Source of the DNA: Octopus vulgaris
Taxonomy: Eukaryota
Direction of reading: 5' to 3'
DNA length: 64,000 nucleotides
Assembly: GCA_951406725.2 (NCBI GenBank)
Contig: OX597823.1
Span: forward strand, 118,162,621-118,226,620
Positions 39,884 through 54,507 of this stretch are shown here, piece by piece (within the stretch, counting starts at the first letter, position 1; every line of letters starts with the position of its first letter). A program made the translations under genes and the position numbers. The notes beneath the pieces are model-generated. The model did no database searches. It was given only the letters and a program-made list of their open reading frames with translations, and was not told where the DNA came from.

Positions 39884-42695
39884 TTAAACATATATACGAT
39901 GGTATTTTTTCAGTTTCCTTCCACTAAATCCAATCACAAGGATTAGTTCGGCCTTGGGGTACAGTAGTAGACAATTGCATAAGATGACAGGCAGTGGGAG
40001 TGAACACCAAACCATGTACAACATAGCCATTCCTACGCCGATATTCGTATATACGACGGGCTTCTTTCAGTTTCCCTCTACCAACTCCACTCAGAATACT
40101 TTGGTCGGCCCAAGGCTTATAGTTGAATACACTTATCGAAGGTGCAACGCTGTTGGTTTAAACTCGGCGCATTGCGGTTCGTGAGCAATCATTCTCACAG
40201 AAATGCGCGCGCAAATAGACACAGAACGTCATGGTTTTAATGTCAACATGTTTAAAACAAAAATATCTACGAGTTTGCGTATATGCATGTATCTATATTC
40301 GTGAGTGCGGACGTGTGGGTGTTTGTGCGTGTGTGAGCACAGTCCACCCATACCCAAATTTGTTGCATTGTCTTGTGGGACCCAGCCGCGAAAGTTCCGG
40401 ACCCCATTAATGAACTCATTTGCATACAAACAATTAGGGCTCACCTTGAACTTGTCCAGTTAACAAACAGTAGTGTCCGAATGGGAATTAGCTTGCTTAC
40501 CTAACAAATGTTTTCGATTTCTGTCCCACTGGGTGGCACGTTGGGCAAATGTCTTCTACTGGCATATAGACTCGAGGCGATAATAACTATGTCTCGAGTC
40601 TATATGATATAACTATTCCAAATCCACCACTCTCGCGTGGTTTTCTCCGCAGTAAATATAAACTAGGTAGATATTTATATATATGTTTCTGTTTCCCCAA
40701 AACCGCTTGACAACCGAAGCTGGTATATTCTTTCACTCTAGTAACTTCGGGAAAAGACGACCAATAAATAAATTCTAGACTGTCATAGAGTTAGTCCTAG
40801 TGTCGATTTGCTCTAGAAAATGCTGTGCTCCAGCATGGGCACAGTGAAATGACTAAATAAGGAAAAGCGTAAAAGTGCGTGTGTCACGTCTGCATAATAT
40901 ATTCTAGAGCTACTTCCCTAGGAAATTATAATTTAATAAAAGTAAAATAATTATATGTAAGGAAAGTAACTCTGGAAGATGTTATCTAGTTATCTCCCTT
41001 TCGAGAGTTAAGTTTCTTGCATTTTATTTTATTATTGTTAAATTTTAATATTTAAGAGAAGGTAACTGTAGAAGATACTCTGTAATCTCCCTAAAGTATG
41101 TAGTTATTGTAATATAGACTTTGTCGCTCTTTGACTCTTTCAGTTATTTCACTGTGACCATGGTGGAGCACCGCCTTTAGTCAAGCAAATCAACCCCAGC
41201 AATTATTCTTTGTATGCCTATTACTTAACGTATAGGTCTCTTTTGCAGAACCGCTAAGTTACGGGGACGTAATGTTCGATGTACTGATTTAGTAGGTATT
41301 TATTTACTGTAAGAACTTCAATTATCATAAATTATGGGCTAGGAAAAATACTAGAAACTTTTTTGATATATTTATTGGGGCTCCTTGTGTGTGTGGGACT
41401 GTTTTTATTTATGTGAGTGCGGGTATTTTCATTTCAGTGTTTGTGTGTGTGTGTGTGAGTGTTTTTATTTCTGTGTGTGCGACACAAATACAACAAACAC
41501 TTTGACCATTTCTAAGATACCCAAATTTGAGATCACTAACTACTAAATACAAATAAGTTCAATTTATTGCACCTTTAGTGACTTGAGATGTTGCTCATAT
41601 TTTTGTCATGTGTCGACAGTGTATTAATTTCACAAGTGGATAAAAGAAATTCTCATACTGGCGTGGAGGGGGCTGATATTCTAACTGCGAGTTCAATGCA
41701 CCCAATGCCCCTTTACATTCTGAATAAATTGTATGTTTGTGCTATTTAGGGTTAGGGTTTTATGTGTGAGTGTGTAACTGCGTTTTCATTTCTGTGTGTG
41801 GGTGCGTATGTTTGTGTGTTTGTGCGTATGTGAGTGTGTGAGAGTTTGGATGTGTAACTGTATTTTTCATTTCTATTTGTGTGTTTGTGCATGTGTAGGT
41901 ATGTAACTGTCTTCATTTCTGTGTTTGTCCGCGTGTTTGAGTGTGTGAATATGTAGCTGTGTATTTTCATTTGTGTGTTTGTCTTTGTGCGTATGTGAGT
42001 GTTTTTGTGAGAATTTTTTTTTCAGTGTTTGTGTGCGTGGGACTTTTTATATGTGTGTGTGTGTTGGTATTTTCATTTCATTGTTTGTGTGAATGTTTTT
42101 ATTTTTGTGTGTACGTGTGTGTGAGCGACTGTGTTTTTATTCGTTTGTGTGTGTGCGACAATTACAGCTACAACAAACAGTTTAAGCATCTCCAAGATAC
42201 CCACATTTGCAGATCCCTAAGTTCTAAATGAAAAGAAGTTCAATTTATTGCACCTTTAGCGAATTCAGATTTGCGAGTGTTAAGCACCCAATGCCTCCCG
42301 TATCTACATACCTGGATTGACCATAATTGGCCTCATTCGGAGACCTCTCGGGTGTGGAATATTTATAACTATAGAAGTTAACTTGTTACAGGTTTTGTTT
42401 ATGGCTTAACTTATTTAGATTTTGGGAAGTCCACAGATGTTACTGGCTTTGCAGTGAAATCTAGTCAAGCAATTTGTCTCCTTTTTTGTTAAATCGTGTT
42501 GGAACTGGTGGATAAGAGTAGACAGTTTGGTCATTACCTTCGATTGACTGTAGCTGTTGATGTTTTTACCGATATAGGTGTATTTTACTCCCTGTATTTT
42601 AGCGGTTCGGCAAAAGAGAACAAGTTAGAATAAATACTAGGCTTACAAAGAATATGTGCTGCGGACGATGTGATCGACTAAAGGCGGCGCTCCAG

Positions 42696-42744
<49 letters not shown>

Positions 42745-43163
42745 TTATAGATATACGCATATATACTATATAAAAAAAAAAGAAACTTGATTATGTCATT
42801 ATTACTTTATTACAGATATTACAACATGAAACGTATTATATGACGTTAGGGAAGTAACTCTAGGAGATATTTTCTGCTGGGGACGTAGACAGACTAGCGT
42901 CCGTTGTGTAGCATTGTTTGGGGACAAACAGACATACGCACACATATATATAAACATATATATGACTGCATTTTTCCAGTTTCCTTCCACCATATCCAAT
43001 CACAAGGCTTTGGTCGGCTCGGGGCTATAGTAGATTTTTCAAACGATGCTGGTGTGTTTTCCTCCCTGTATTTGAGCGGCTCGGCAGAAAAGAATAAGTT
43101 AGAATAAATACTAGGCTTAGAAAGAATAAGTGCTGCTGACGATGTGCTCGAAGAAGATAGATT

Positions 43164-43207
<44 letters not shown>

Positions 43208-45800
43208 AAGATATATCAGATATATATATTAGATAAACTTAGATATGTTTCGACCAAAGATTGGTCCAGGCTATGTCTAACTTAATAGCACCATTTAATA
43301 GGATTATTCGAATCCTGTTTAAGTCAAGTTTAGTTCAAGTAGTGAGTTCTTGTTGGGTGAGTTGTATCCAGTTTTGTTCAAGTAGTGAGTTCTTGTTGGG
43401 TCAGTTGTATCCTATTATGGGTGGCTTATCTGGTATTCTTTGAAGGAATCTATCCAGACGCCGTTTAAAGTTGATGGGATCCTTTTCCTCTTTGATCTCT
43501 TTCGGGACAATGTTAAATAGGGCAGGGCCTGTTGAGGAAAAGAAATTATGTTGCAGTGTACATGTATGTTGTCATCTTGAATTGGGCAGGGGACGTATAG
43601 CCCGTGGTCCAAGTTTTGGATGAACCTTGAAGCTAATGTTTAGGTCGTTTGGGCATAGTTGGCGGTATATTTTCCACATCGTACAAATGATGTACCGCTC
43701 ACGGCGACGCTGGAGGGAGTAAAGTTTCAAGGCTTTACGGCGATCCCAATAATCGAGAGCAGCCATGCCGTCAATTCGTTTAGTGAGAGCCCTCTGGGGT
43801 GACTCAATTCTGGAGATGTTTTGTCTTGTGTGAGGAGACCACAGTGGGCAGCAGTATTCGAGGTGTGGCCGTACAAAGGAGGAAAAAAGTGGTATGATGA
43901 CACCTTGTTCTCTGGACCGGAAAGTTCTTAAGATCCAGGAACTCATCCTACGAGCTATATCGACCTTCTTGTTGATGTGTGCACTCCAACTGAGATCGTC
44001 ATCAACAATTACACCCAGGTCTCTGATATTGTTAGAGGCTGTGAGCGGTTCCCCTGAAGGAAGAGAGTATGGCTGTTTTAGTGAGGAGTTTCTTCCAAAA
44101 TGCATCAGCTCAAATTTTCCCTCGTTCAGTTGCATTTTGTTTCTGTCTGCCCATTGACTCACAGCATATAGATCAGACTGGAGTTGAGTTCGGTCTGCTT
44201 CTTCATTGACGATTTGCTGGAGCTTGGTGTCATCAGCAAATATTTTCACTTTGCAGTAATGTACGACACTGGAAAGGTCGTTTATGTAGATTATGAAGAG
44301 TAGCAGACCCAAGACAATCCCCTGGGGGACACCGCTGGTGACTTTTGCTGGGCTTGAGTGGACTCCATCAACTACAACATGTTGTGTTCTATTCGCCAGG
44401 AAATACTTGATCTAGTGTAGAACTTTTCCACGGATTCCAACATTTGCCAATTTTGAGAGTAGGATATTATGGTCTACCCTGTCGAACGCTTTACTGAAGT
44501 CAAGATATATGACATCAGAGTTCGAACCTGTTCCCAAGGCTTTGAGTACATCTTCAATGTGGTGTAAGAGCTGTGTTAGACAGTCCCTGCCACAGCGAAA
44601 GCCATGCTGATTTGCATTTAGGAGTTTCTGGGTCTCCAGGAAGTGAGCCATCCTTGATCTTAACACTCTTTCAAACACTTTGATGATGTGGGAGGTGAGT
44701 GAGATTGGGCGATAGTTGAGTGCGAGGGATCTGTTTCCCTGTTTGAAAACCGGGATGACCGACTGGGATAGAAACTGTTTTGGTATATAACCTGCATCTA
44801 ACCAATTTCTCCAGAGGTTGGTCAGTGGGACTGCAAGTTGGTGTTTACATTCCTTCAGGAGACTAGCGGGGAATCTATCAGGGCCTACAGCAGAGTAGTA
44901 TTTGATCTCATTTATTGCTGCTTCGATGTCAGTGGGAGTGAAGGTTATGTCTGCAATTTTGTGTTGGGAGTCAACTTCGTTCGCTTCTCTTACGTCAATA
45001 TCAGTGGGAACACTAAAGACAGCAGTATTTTTTCTGCAATATATATATAGAGAGAAACATGTATATACATATAGATATTTATATATATGTATATGTGTGT
45101 GTATGTTTCGGTGTCCCCAAAACCGCCTGACAACCAATGCCGATGTTTTTCACACTCTGTTAACTTATCCGTTCGGGAAAAGCAGACCAACAGAATTAAT
45201 ACTAGACTGACGTAGATGAAAGTCCTAGTGTCGATTTGCTCTAGAAAAGCTGTGCTCCAGCATTGGCACAGTGAAATGACTAAACAAGGAAAACAGTAAA
45301 AGTGTATGCGTTACGTCTGAACATTATATTGTAGAGTTAATTAGCTTTCACAATTCATTTTGACAATAGCCGTTACGTAGTTAAATGTAAGGGAGGTAAC
45401 TTTTGAATACTTTTCTTAGTTATCTCCCTTTCTAGAGTTAAACCCCTTGCATATTCTTAGTTATCTCCCTTTCTAGAGTTACACCCCTTGCATATTATTA
45501 ATTATGAAATTATAATATGCAAGGTAAGTCACTTGCGAAGGAAGATAACTCCAAAATCTTCCAGAGTTACTTCCCTTACATCTAATTAAATTCCTATTAG
45601 GTATTATTAAATTATGATATTCAAGGGAAGTAACTCTAGAAAGGGAAATAGGTACAAAATTTTGCAGAGTTACTTCACTTACATGTAATTACATTACGAT
45701 TGGTGTTCCGGTTGGGGTTGGATTAGGGTTAGGTTTGGGTTGTGGTTAGGGTTAGGGGGTTAGGGTCAGGGTCGGGGTTAGGTTGGGGTTAGGGTTAGTG
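36829..45800. repeat. Subtelomeric composite block A
   Basis: Same modules as 1-11.3 kb; ends in CR1 fragment, AT-rich spacer and degenerate TTAGGG. Confidence 0.85.
43235..45040 (-). pseudogene. 5'-truncated CR1 (RT and 3' end), disrupted
   Basis: YLDFSKAFDRVDH, FADD, RPHLEYC; stop at 44412; 3' 'ggtgctattaagttagacatagcctgg' matches the 3' UTR of the 12.2-16.6 kb element. Confidence 0.92.
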
Positions 45801-45802
45801 TT
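45711..45802 (+). repeat. Degenerate interstitial telomeric (TTAGGG-like) tract
   Basis: ttggggttggattagggttaggtttgggttgtggttagggttagggggttagggtcaggg... Confidence 0.9.
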
Positions 45803-47548
45803 AGCCTCGTTCACACATCATGCGTCCATACAAACAAGACTCGTTCACCGCCATGCGTTCATACAAACAAGGCTCGTTCACCCGTCATGCGTCCATACAA
45901 ACAAGCCTGGTTCATACATCATGCGTCCATACATACACGCCTCGTTCACACATCATGCGTCCACATAAAGAAGCCTCGTTCACACATCATTCGTCCATAC
46001 AAACAGGCCTCGTTCATACATCATGCGTCCATAAATACACGCCTCGTTCATACATCATGCGTCCATACACGCCTCGTTCAAACATCATGCGTCCACACAA
46101 AGAAGCCTCGTTCACACATCATGCGTCCATTCAAACAAGCCTCGTTCACACATCATGCGTCCATACAAACAAGTCTCGTTCACCCATCATGCGTCCATAC
46201 AAACAAGCCTCGTTCACACATCATTCGTCCATAGAAACAAGCCTCGTTCACACATCATTCGTCCATACAAACAAGCCTCGTTCATACATCATTCGTCCAT
46301 ACAAACAGGCCTCGTTCACACATCATGCGTCCACACAACCAAGCCTCGTTCACACATCATGCGTCCATACAAACAAGCCTCGTTCACACGTCATGCGTCC
46401 ATACAAACAAGACTCGTTCACCGCCATGCGTCCACACAAATATGCCTCGTTCACACATCTTGCGTCCATACACACAAGCCTCGTTCACACATCATGCGTC
46501 CATACAAACAAGCCTCGTTCACACATCATGCGTCCATACAAACAGGCCTCGTTCACACATCATGCGTCCATACAAACAAGCCTCGTTCACACATCATGCG
46601 TCCATACAAACAGGCCTCGTTCACACATGCGTTCATACGAACAAACCTCGTTCACACATCATGCGTCCATACAAACAGGCCTCGTTCACCCGTCATGCGT
46701 CCATACAAACATGCCTCGTTCACACATCTTGCGTCCATACACACAAGCCCCGTTCACACATCATGCGTCCATACAAACAGGCCTCGTTCACACATGCGTT
46801 CATACAAACAAGCCTCGTTCACACATCATGCCTCCATACAAACAGGCCTCGTTCACACATCATGCGTTCATACAAACAAGCCTCGTTCACACATCATGCG
46901 TCCATACAAACAAGTCTCGTTCACACATCATGCGTCCATGCAAATATGCCTTGTTCACACGTCATGCGTCCATACAAACAAGCCTCGTTCACACATCATG
47001 CTTCCATACACACAAGCCTCGTTCACCCGTCATGCGTCCATACAAACAAGGCTCGTTCACCCGTCATGCGTCCATACAAACAAGGCTCGTTCACCCGTCA
47101 TGCGTCCATACAAACAAGCCTCGTTCACCCGTCATGCGTCCATACAAACAAGCCTCGTTCACACATCATGCGTCCATACAAACAGGCCTCGTTCACACAT
47201 CATGCGTCCATACAAACCAGCCTCGTTCACACATCATGCGTCCATACAAACAAGCCTCGTTCACACATCATGCGTTCATACACACAAGCCTCGTTCACCC
47301 GTCATGCGTCCATACAAACAAGGTTCGTTCACCCGTCATGCGTCCATACAAACAAGCCTCGTTCACACATCATGCGTCCATACAAACCAGCCTCGTTCAC
47401 ACATCATGCGTCCACACAAACGAGCCTCGTTCACACATCATGCGTCCATACACACAAGCCTAGTTCACACATGCGTCCATACACACAAGCCTCGTTCACA
47501 CATGCGTTCATACATACAATCCTCGTTCACACATCATGCGTCCATACA
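45803..47548. repeat. 34-bp minisatellite, about 50 copies
   Basis: Unit gcctcgttcacacatcatgcgtccatacaaacaa; period measured 46512 to 46546; occasional 31-bp variants. Confidence 0.97.
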
Positions 47549-47559
47549 TAGATTTTCAT

Positions 47560-47922
47560 AAATTCAGGGACATTTAATTCAGGGGCAGGTAATTAAGGGA
47601 CAGGTATTCAGGGGCAGGTAATTAAGGGACAGGTATTCCAGGGGCAGGTAATTCAGGGGCAGGTAATTCAGAGGCATGTAATTGAGGGGCAAGAAACTCA
47701 GGGGCAGGTAATTCAGGGGCAGTTAATTATGGGGAAGGTAATTCAGGGCAGATAATCCAGGGGCAGGTAATTCAGGGGAAGGTAAATCAGAGGAATATAA
47801 TTGAGGGGCAGGTAATCCAGGGTTACGTAATTCAGGGGCAGGTAATTCAAGTGCATGTAATTCAGGGTCATATAACTCGGGGGCAGGTAATTCAGGTGCA
47901 TGTAACTCAGGGGCAGGTAAGT
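47560..47922. repeat. 15-bp minisatellite, about 23 copies
   Basis: Unit aggggcaggtaattc. Confidence 0.93.
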
Positions 47923-48943
47923 TTCCTTCCACTAAATCCCATCACAAGGATTAGCTAGGCCCTGGGCTACAATAGTAGACAATTGCAGAAGATGACAGGC
48001 AGTGGGAATGAACCCGAAACCATGTGGTTCGTAAGCAAACTACTTACAACATAGCCATTCCTACGTCGATATTCATATATACGACGGCTTCTTTCAGTTT
48101 CCCTCTACAAACTCCACTCAGAATACATTGGTCGGCCCTAGGCTATAGTCGAATACACTTGCCGAAGATGCAACGCTGTTGGTTTGAACTCAGCACATTG
48201 CGGTTCGTGAGCAATCATTCTCACAGAAATGCGCGCACAAACAGACACAGAATGTCACGGTTTAAAGGTCAACATGTTTAAAACATAAATAGCTACGAGT
48301 TTGCGTATATGCATGTCTCTATGTGCATGAGTGCGGACGTGTGTTTCCAGAATGTCGCAGTTTTAAGGTCAACATATTTAAAACATAAATAGGTACGAGA
48401 TTGCGTCTTTGCATGTATCTATATTCGTGGGTGCGGACGTGCGAGTGTTTGTGCGTGTGTGAGCACCGTCCACCTATACCCAAGCTGGTTGCATCGTCTC
48501 ATAAGAACCAGCCGTGAAAGTTCCGGATCACATTAATGAACTCATTTGCATACAAACAATTAGGGCTCCCCTTGAACTTGTCCGGTTAACAAACAGTAGT
48601 GTCTGAATGGGAATTAGCTTGCTTACCTAACAAATGTTTTCGAGTTCGGTCCCACTGGGTGGCATGTTGGGCAAATGTCTTCTACTATAGTCTCGGGCCG
48701 ACCCAAGCCTTGTGAGTGGATTTGAGAGACGGAAACTAAAAGAAGACTGTCGTATATATATATACATATGTATGTAGCAGTAAGAGTGGCTATGTAGCTT
48801 GCTTTCCAAATACGGTGTTTCTGGTTCAGTCCAACTACGTGGCCCCATGGGCAAATGTCTTCCAATATAGCCTCAGACAGACCAACGTTTCTGAGTAGAT
48901 TTGGTACACGGAAACAGAAAGTAGCCCGTGGTATATAGATAGG

Positions 48944-48978
<35 letters not shown>

Positions 48979-51442
48979 CAGGTATATATTGACAGATATA
49001 TGTATATACATATAGATATTTAAACATATAAGGGATGGCCATAATTGGACATCCGACTCACTAGAGATGGCAGTTGAACTCCAAAAAATCGTAAAAGTCT
49101 GTCATGTCTGAATAATATTTTCGAGAGTTATTTCCCTCTGCACATTATAATTTAATAAAAGTAATATAATTATATGTAAGGAAAGTAACTCTGGAAGATG
49201 TTATCTAGTTGTCTCCCTTCCGAGAGTTAATTTCTCTTGCATATTATTCTATTATTGTTAAAATACAATATTCAAGGGAAGTAACTGTAGAAGATACTTT
49301 GTAGTTATCTCCCTTAAGTATGTAGTTCTCGTAACATACACTTTCAGTTATTTCACTGTGACGATGGTGGAGCACCGCCTTTAGTCAAGCAAATCAACCC
49401 CAGGAATTATTCTTTGTATGCCTATTTCTTAACGTATAGGTCTCTTTTGCAGATCCGATAAGTTACTGGGACGTAATGTTCGATGTACTGAATTAGTAGG
49501 TATTTATTTATTGTAAGAACTTCAATTATCATAAATTATGGGCAAGGAAGATACTAGAAACTTTTTTGATATACCTATTGGGGCTCCTTGTGTGTGTGGG
49601 ACTGTTTTTACTTATGTGAGTGCCGGTATTTTCATTTCAGTGTTTGTGTGTGTGTGTGAGAGTGTTTTTATTTCTGTGTGCACGAGTGTGTGAGCGACTC
49701 AGTGTTACTATTTGTTTGTGTGTGCGAGTGTGTGAGCGACTGAGTGTTTCTATTTGTTTGTGTGTGTGCGACACTTACAACTACAACAAACACTTTGACC
49801 ATTTCTAAGATACCCACATTTGAAATCACTAACTACTAAATCAAAATAAGTTCAATTTATTGCACCTTTAGTGACTTGAGATGTTGCTCATATTTTTCTC
49901 ATGTGTCGACAATGTATTAATTTCACAAGTGGATGACAGAAATTCTAATACTGGCGTGGAGGGAGCTGATATTCTAACTGCGAGTGCAAAGCACCAATGC
50001 CCCTTTACATTCTGAATAAATTGTATGTTTGTGCTAGTTACGGTTAGGGTTTTATGTGTGAGTGTAACTGCGTTTTCATTTCTGTGTGTGGGTGCGTATG
50101 TTTGTGTGTGTGTGTTTGTGCGTATGTTTGTGTGTGAGAGTTTGGATGTGTTACTGTATTTTTCATTTCTATTTGTGTGTCTGTGTTTGTGCATGTGTAG
50201 GTATGTAACTGTTTTCATTTCTCTGTCCGCGTGTTTGAGTGTGTGAATATGTAGCTGTGTATTTTCATTTGTGTGTTTGTCTTTGTGCGTATGTGAGTGT
50301 TTTTGTGAGAATTTTTTTTTCAGTGTTTGTGTGCGTGGGACTTTTTATTTGTGTGTGTGTGTTGGTATTTTAATTTCAGTGTTTGTGTTTGTGTGAATGT
50401 TTTTATTTCTGTGTGTACGTGTGTGTATAAGCGACTGTTTTTATTCGTTTGTGTGTGTGCGACAATTACAGCTACAACAAACATTTTAAGCATCTCCAAG
50501 ATACCCACATTTACAGATCCCTAAGTTCTAAATGAAAAGAAGTTCAATTTATTGCACCTTTAGCGAATTCAGATTTGCGAGTGTTAAGCACCCAATGCCT
50601 CCCGTATCTACATACCTGGATTGGCCATAATTTGCCTCATTCGGAGATCTCTCGGGTGTGGAATATTTATAACTATAGAAGTTAACTTGTTACAGGTTTT
50701 GTTTATGGCTTAACTTTTGTAGATTTTGGGAAGTCCACAGATGTTACTGGCTTTGCAGTGAAATCTAGTCAAGCAATTTGTCTCCTTTTTTGTTAAATCG
50801 TGTTGGAACTGGTGGATAAGAGTAGACAGTTTGGTCATTACCTTCGAACGACTGTAGCTGTTGATGTTTTTACCGACACAGGTGTATTTTACTCCCTGTA
50901 TTTTAGCGGTTCGGCAAAAGAGAACAAGTTAAAATAAATACTAGGCTTAAAAAGAATATGTGCTGCGGACGATGTGATCGATTAAAGGCGGCGCTCTAGT
51001 ATATATATATATATATATATATACTTACAGATATACGTGTATATACTATATAAAACAAAAAAGAAACTTGATTATGTCATTATTACATATTATATGACGT
51101 TAGGGAAGCAACTCTTGGAGATATTTTCTGCTATCTCCCCAGTGAACAGGTCATGGACTTTCCTCGTTATTTACTCTTTATACTGACGTAGATAAGTCCT
51201 AGTGTCGATTTGCTCAAGAAAAGTATGTGCTCCAGCATGGGCGCAGTGAAATGACTAAACCAGGAAAAGAGTAAATGTAAGGGAAGTAAATGTGGAAGAT
51301 TTTGTAGTTATCTCCCTTTTGTAGTTATCTCCCTTTCTAGAGTTACTCCCCTTGTATATTATTAGTTATTAAATTATAATGGAAAGGGAGATAAGAGTTA
51401 CTTCCCTTACATGTGTTTGTGTACGTGAAACTGTTTTTATTC

Positions 51443-54070
51443 GTTAGTTAATTTGGCTCAAAAGCAAATAGCAAGGCCATGTAGGGGGACATAGAGTTAA
51501 GTACAGGGTGGTGTTCATGTAAAGAGTTCAGGCCACTTGAGGTCCAGGGAGGCTTTGAACAAAGCGGTCGTCGGCATCTTCACCATCTCGTCTGGCAGCT
51601 TGTTCCACGGATCCGCAATCCGGACGGAGAAAGCTCCTCTCCTTCGATTGAGATGAAATCGTCGCAGGTAGAGCTTTTCGGAATGACCCCGCAGCCGACA
51701 CTCCGGAGCAGGAGTGAAGAACAGCTCTTTCGAGAGGTTACACTTCCCGATTATGATGTTGTGGGCGAGAATGAGATCACCACGGCGGCGGCGTTTTTCA
51801 AGAGAATAAAGGTCGAGCGTCCTCAGCCTTTCTTCGATGAACCATGCGGGTAGCCAGCCTCTGGACTCTTTCGAGGTGCTGTATGTCTTTGAGGAGATAA
51901 GGAGAAGAGGCTTGAATCCCATACTCCAATATGGGTCTCACCAGCGTGACAGAGTGGCAGGAATATGGCTGCTGTGAGCATTCCGAATGTCCGTCGAATC
52001 AAAAACAGAATTCCGCGCGCTTTGTTGGCAGCATGGACGCACTGGTTCGAAGGCGAAAAGGAGGAATCCAAAAACATACCCAGGTCCTTTACCTGATCGG
52101 TCCTCTCCAGCAGCAGACGACCCGGCTCGAAATCAAGTTGAGTTGCAGGAGTAGAGCCGACAGGCAGATGACAGCACTTTGACACGTTCAGACACAGGTC
52201 CCAATCGTTAGACCACTTCCAAATTTGGTGGAGGCATCGACGAAGATCCTCTATACTACCGCGAGGAGCGACCAGTTTGATATCGTCGGCAAATAGAAGG
52301 GTGTGTTGCGTGAGGTCGTCGGGCAAGTCATTTATGAAGACTAAGAACAACAAGGGCCCAAGCACTGAACCTTGAGGCACGCCACTGCTCGCACTGGAGA
52401 CGTCGGACCGCGAATCATTAACTTGGACTTGGAAGGAGCGATCTGAGAGGAAGGCACCAACCCATCGTACAATATCCGGATGGAAACTATATGCTTGAAG
52501 CTTGACAAGTAGTAGGCGGTGGTTTACCGAGTCAAATGCTTTGGCAAAGTCCAATAAAACGATGTCAACAGCATCACTATCATCGAGGATGCGCGTCACC
52601 AATTCTTCCATTACTAGTAAGTTGGTCAAGCATGATCTCTTCGGCACGAAGCCGTGTTGGGAATCATTGATCGAGGCTGTTTTTAGGAGGTGGAGCATCA
52701 TACTTTTCTTAAGGATGGTTTCGAACATCTTGTTGATTATTGATGTAAGGGAAACCGGTCGGTAGTTAAGCGGGTCTTCGCGGCTCCCTTTCTTGAAAAT
52801 TGGGCAGATTATTGCTGTTCTCCAGTCTGCAGGTATAACACCCGTCGCCAATGATATATTGAATAGTCGTGTTAAGGGCTCGCAGATGACCGGAGCCAAC
52901 GCTTTGATAACCCATGGGTGTATGCCGTCAGGGCCGTGACCCTTGTTGACATCGAGGCCTTGAATAACCCGTTTGACTTGGTCCCGCGTGATGATCAATC
53001 GAAGCATTGGAGGTACCGATCTATCAAATGGAGGGGGTTCACGACTATCATCTTGTTTGAAAATAGTTGAAAAAGCCTCGGCAAATAATTGACTCTGTTG
53101 ATAAGGGTCCTCAATCGATACGCCTGTTGAGTCTACCAACGTTGCAATCTGGTTGTTCAAGCGGGAATTCCGCTGGACATGGGCAAAGAAGGTTTTTGGA
53201 TTGCTACTGGCATTTGCCGCGATTTTGTATTCATAACTGAAGCGTTCTTTCTTTTCAATTTTCACGGCTCGGTCTCGTTGAGTTTTTTACACCTCAAAAG
53301 CTGCAGTCGAATCCATATTTTTGAATTCAGCCCAAGCAATATCCTTGAGTCGACGTTCTCGTTTAACCTTCTTCGTCACCCAGGGCTTGTGTTTCTTCCT
53401 CTTAAGAAGTCCAACGGGAACTGCCTGGTCAGTCAAACAGATTACATATGCTTTGAGGGATGACCATAGTTCGTCAACTGACAACGTCATCAGGGAACGC
53501 CAGTCCAGAAGCGCGGAAGCCTCGGTTAGAATTTCAAGATTAATTGCAGAGTAGACTCTACGTGGCAGCGAAGTAATCGTGGGCATGGAAAAAGTTGTGT
53601 GCATGACGAACTTCAGGACCTCATGATCACTCTTGGCAAGAGGGGCGCACACAGATACGTCTGACACTGATCTTGGATAGCGGGAGAATACCAGATCTAG
53701 CATAGATGGCTGCTGCCCAGACCGATGCCTTGTCAAATATTCAACATGTTGCGAGAGAAAACAATCTTCAGCCACGTCAAGAAGGGCCTGGCCGAAACGG
53801 GAAGATGTACAAATTGATGCGGGCCAATCGATCGTGGGAGCGTTGAAGTCGCCTAGTACCAAGCAGTCATGCGAAGCTGAAACGAATCTTATCGCTTCGA
53901 GTAGATGAGCATCGTCCTGGGGGTCGGCTAGAGGCGGCCTGTAGACAGCCAACACGAGCAGGCAAAACTCAGATAGGCTCAGCTTGCAAAATAGACAGAA
54001 TCGAATTTGGTTGTAGGTTGAGCATTTGTGGGTAGAATACCGCAGGACGGTTTGTGCTCAGACTTAACAT
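51443..54070 (-). mobile_element. 5'-truncated CR1-clade LINE, second family (APE-RT, a few frameshifts)
   Basis: AVYRPP, LGDFNAP, LDLVF, SDH; GPDGIHP, NYRPVSLTS, QHGF, LDFAKAFDSVNH, GVPQGSVLGPLLF, FADD; LYSLEKRRRRGDLI; (AACT) tail. Confidence 0.93.
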
Positions 54071-54447
54071 ACCCAGTTGTGTGAGTGTCGGTAGTTTCAT
54101 TTCAGTGTTTGTGTCTGTGTGTATGTGCCTATGTGCGTTTTTATTCGTTTGTGTGTGTGCGACATTTACAGCTACAACAAACACTCTAAGCATCTCCAAG
54201 ATACCCACATTTGCAAAATCACTAGCTGCTAAATGAAAAAAAGTTCAATTTATTGCAACTTCAGATTTGCGATTGTTAAGCACCCAATGCTCCCTGTATC
54301 TACATACCTCGTACTGGCTTTGCAGTGAAATCTAGTCAAGCAATTTGTCTCCTTTTTTGTTAAATCGTGTTGGAACTGGTGGATAAGAGTAGACAGAATA
54401 AGTGCTGCGGACGATGTGCTCGACTAAAGGCAGCGCTCCAGTATTTA

Positions 54448-54507
<60 letters not shown>

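Noticed and set aside
45820-47561. 400-550 aa His-rich ORFs in three frames
   Set aside because: Result of a stop-free 34-bp satellite; the same 34-aa repeat appears in all three frames
47723-47932. (PAPEL)n ORF on the minus strand
   Set aside because: Translation of the 15-bp minisatellite; no evidence of a gene
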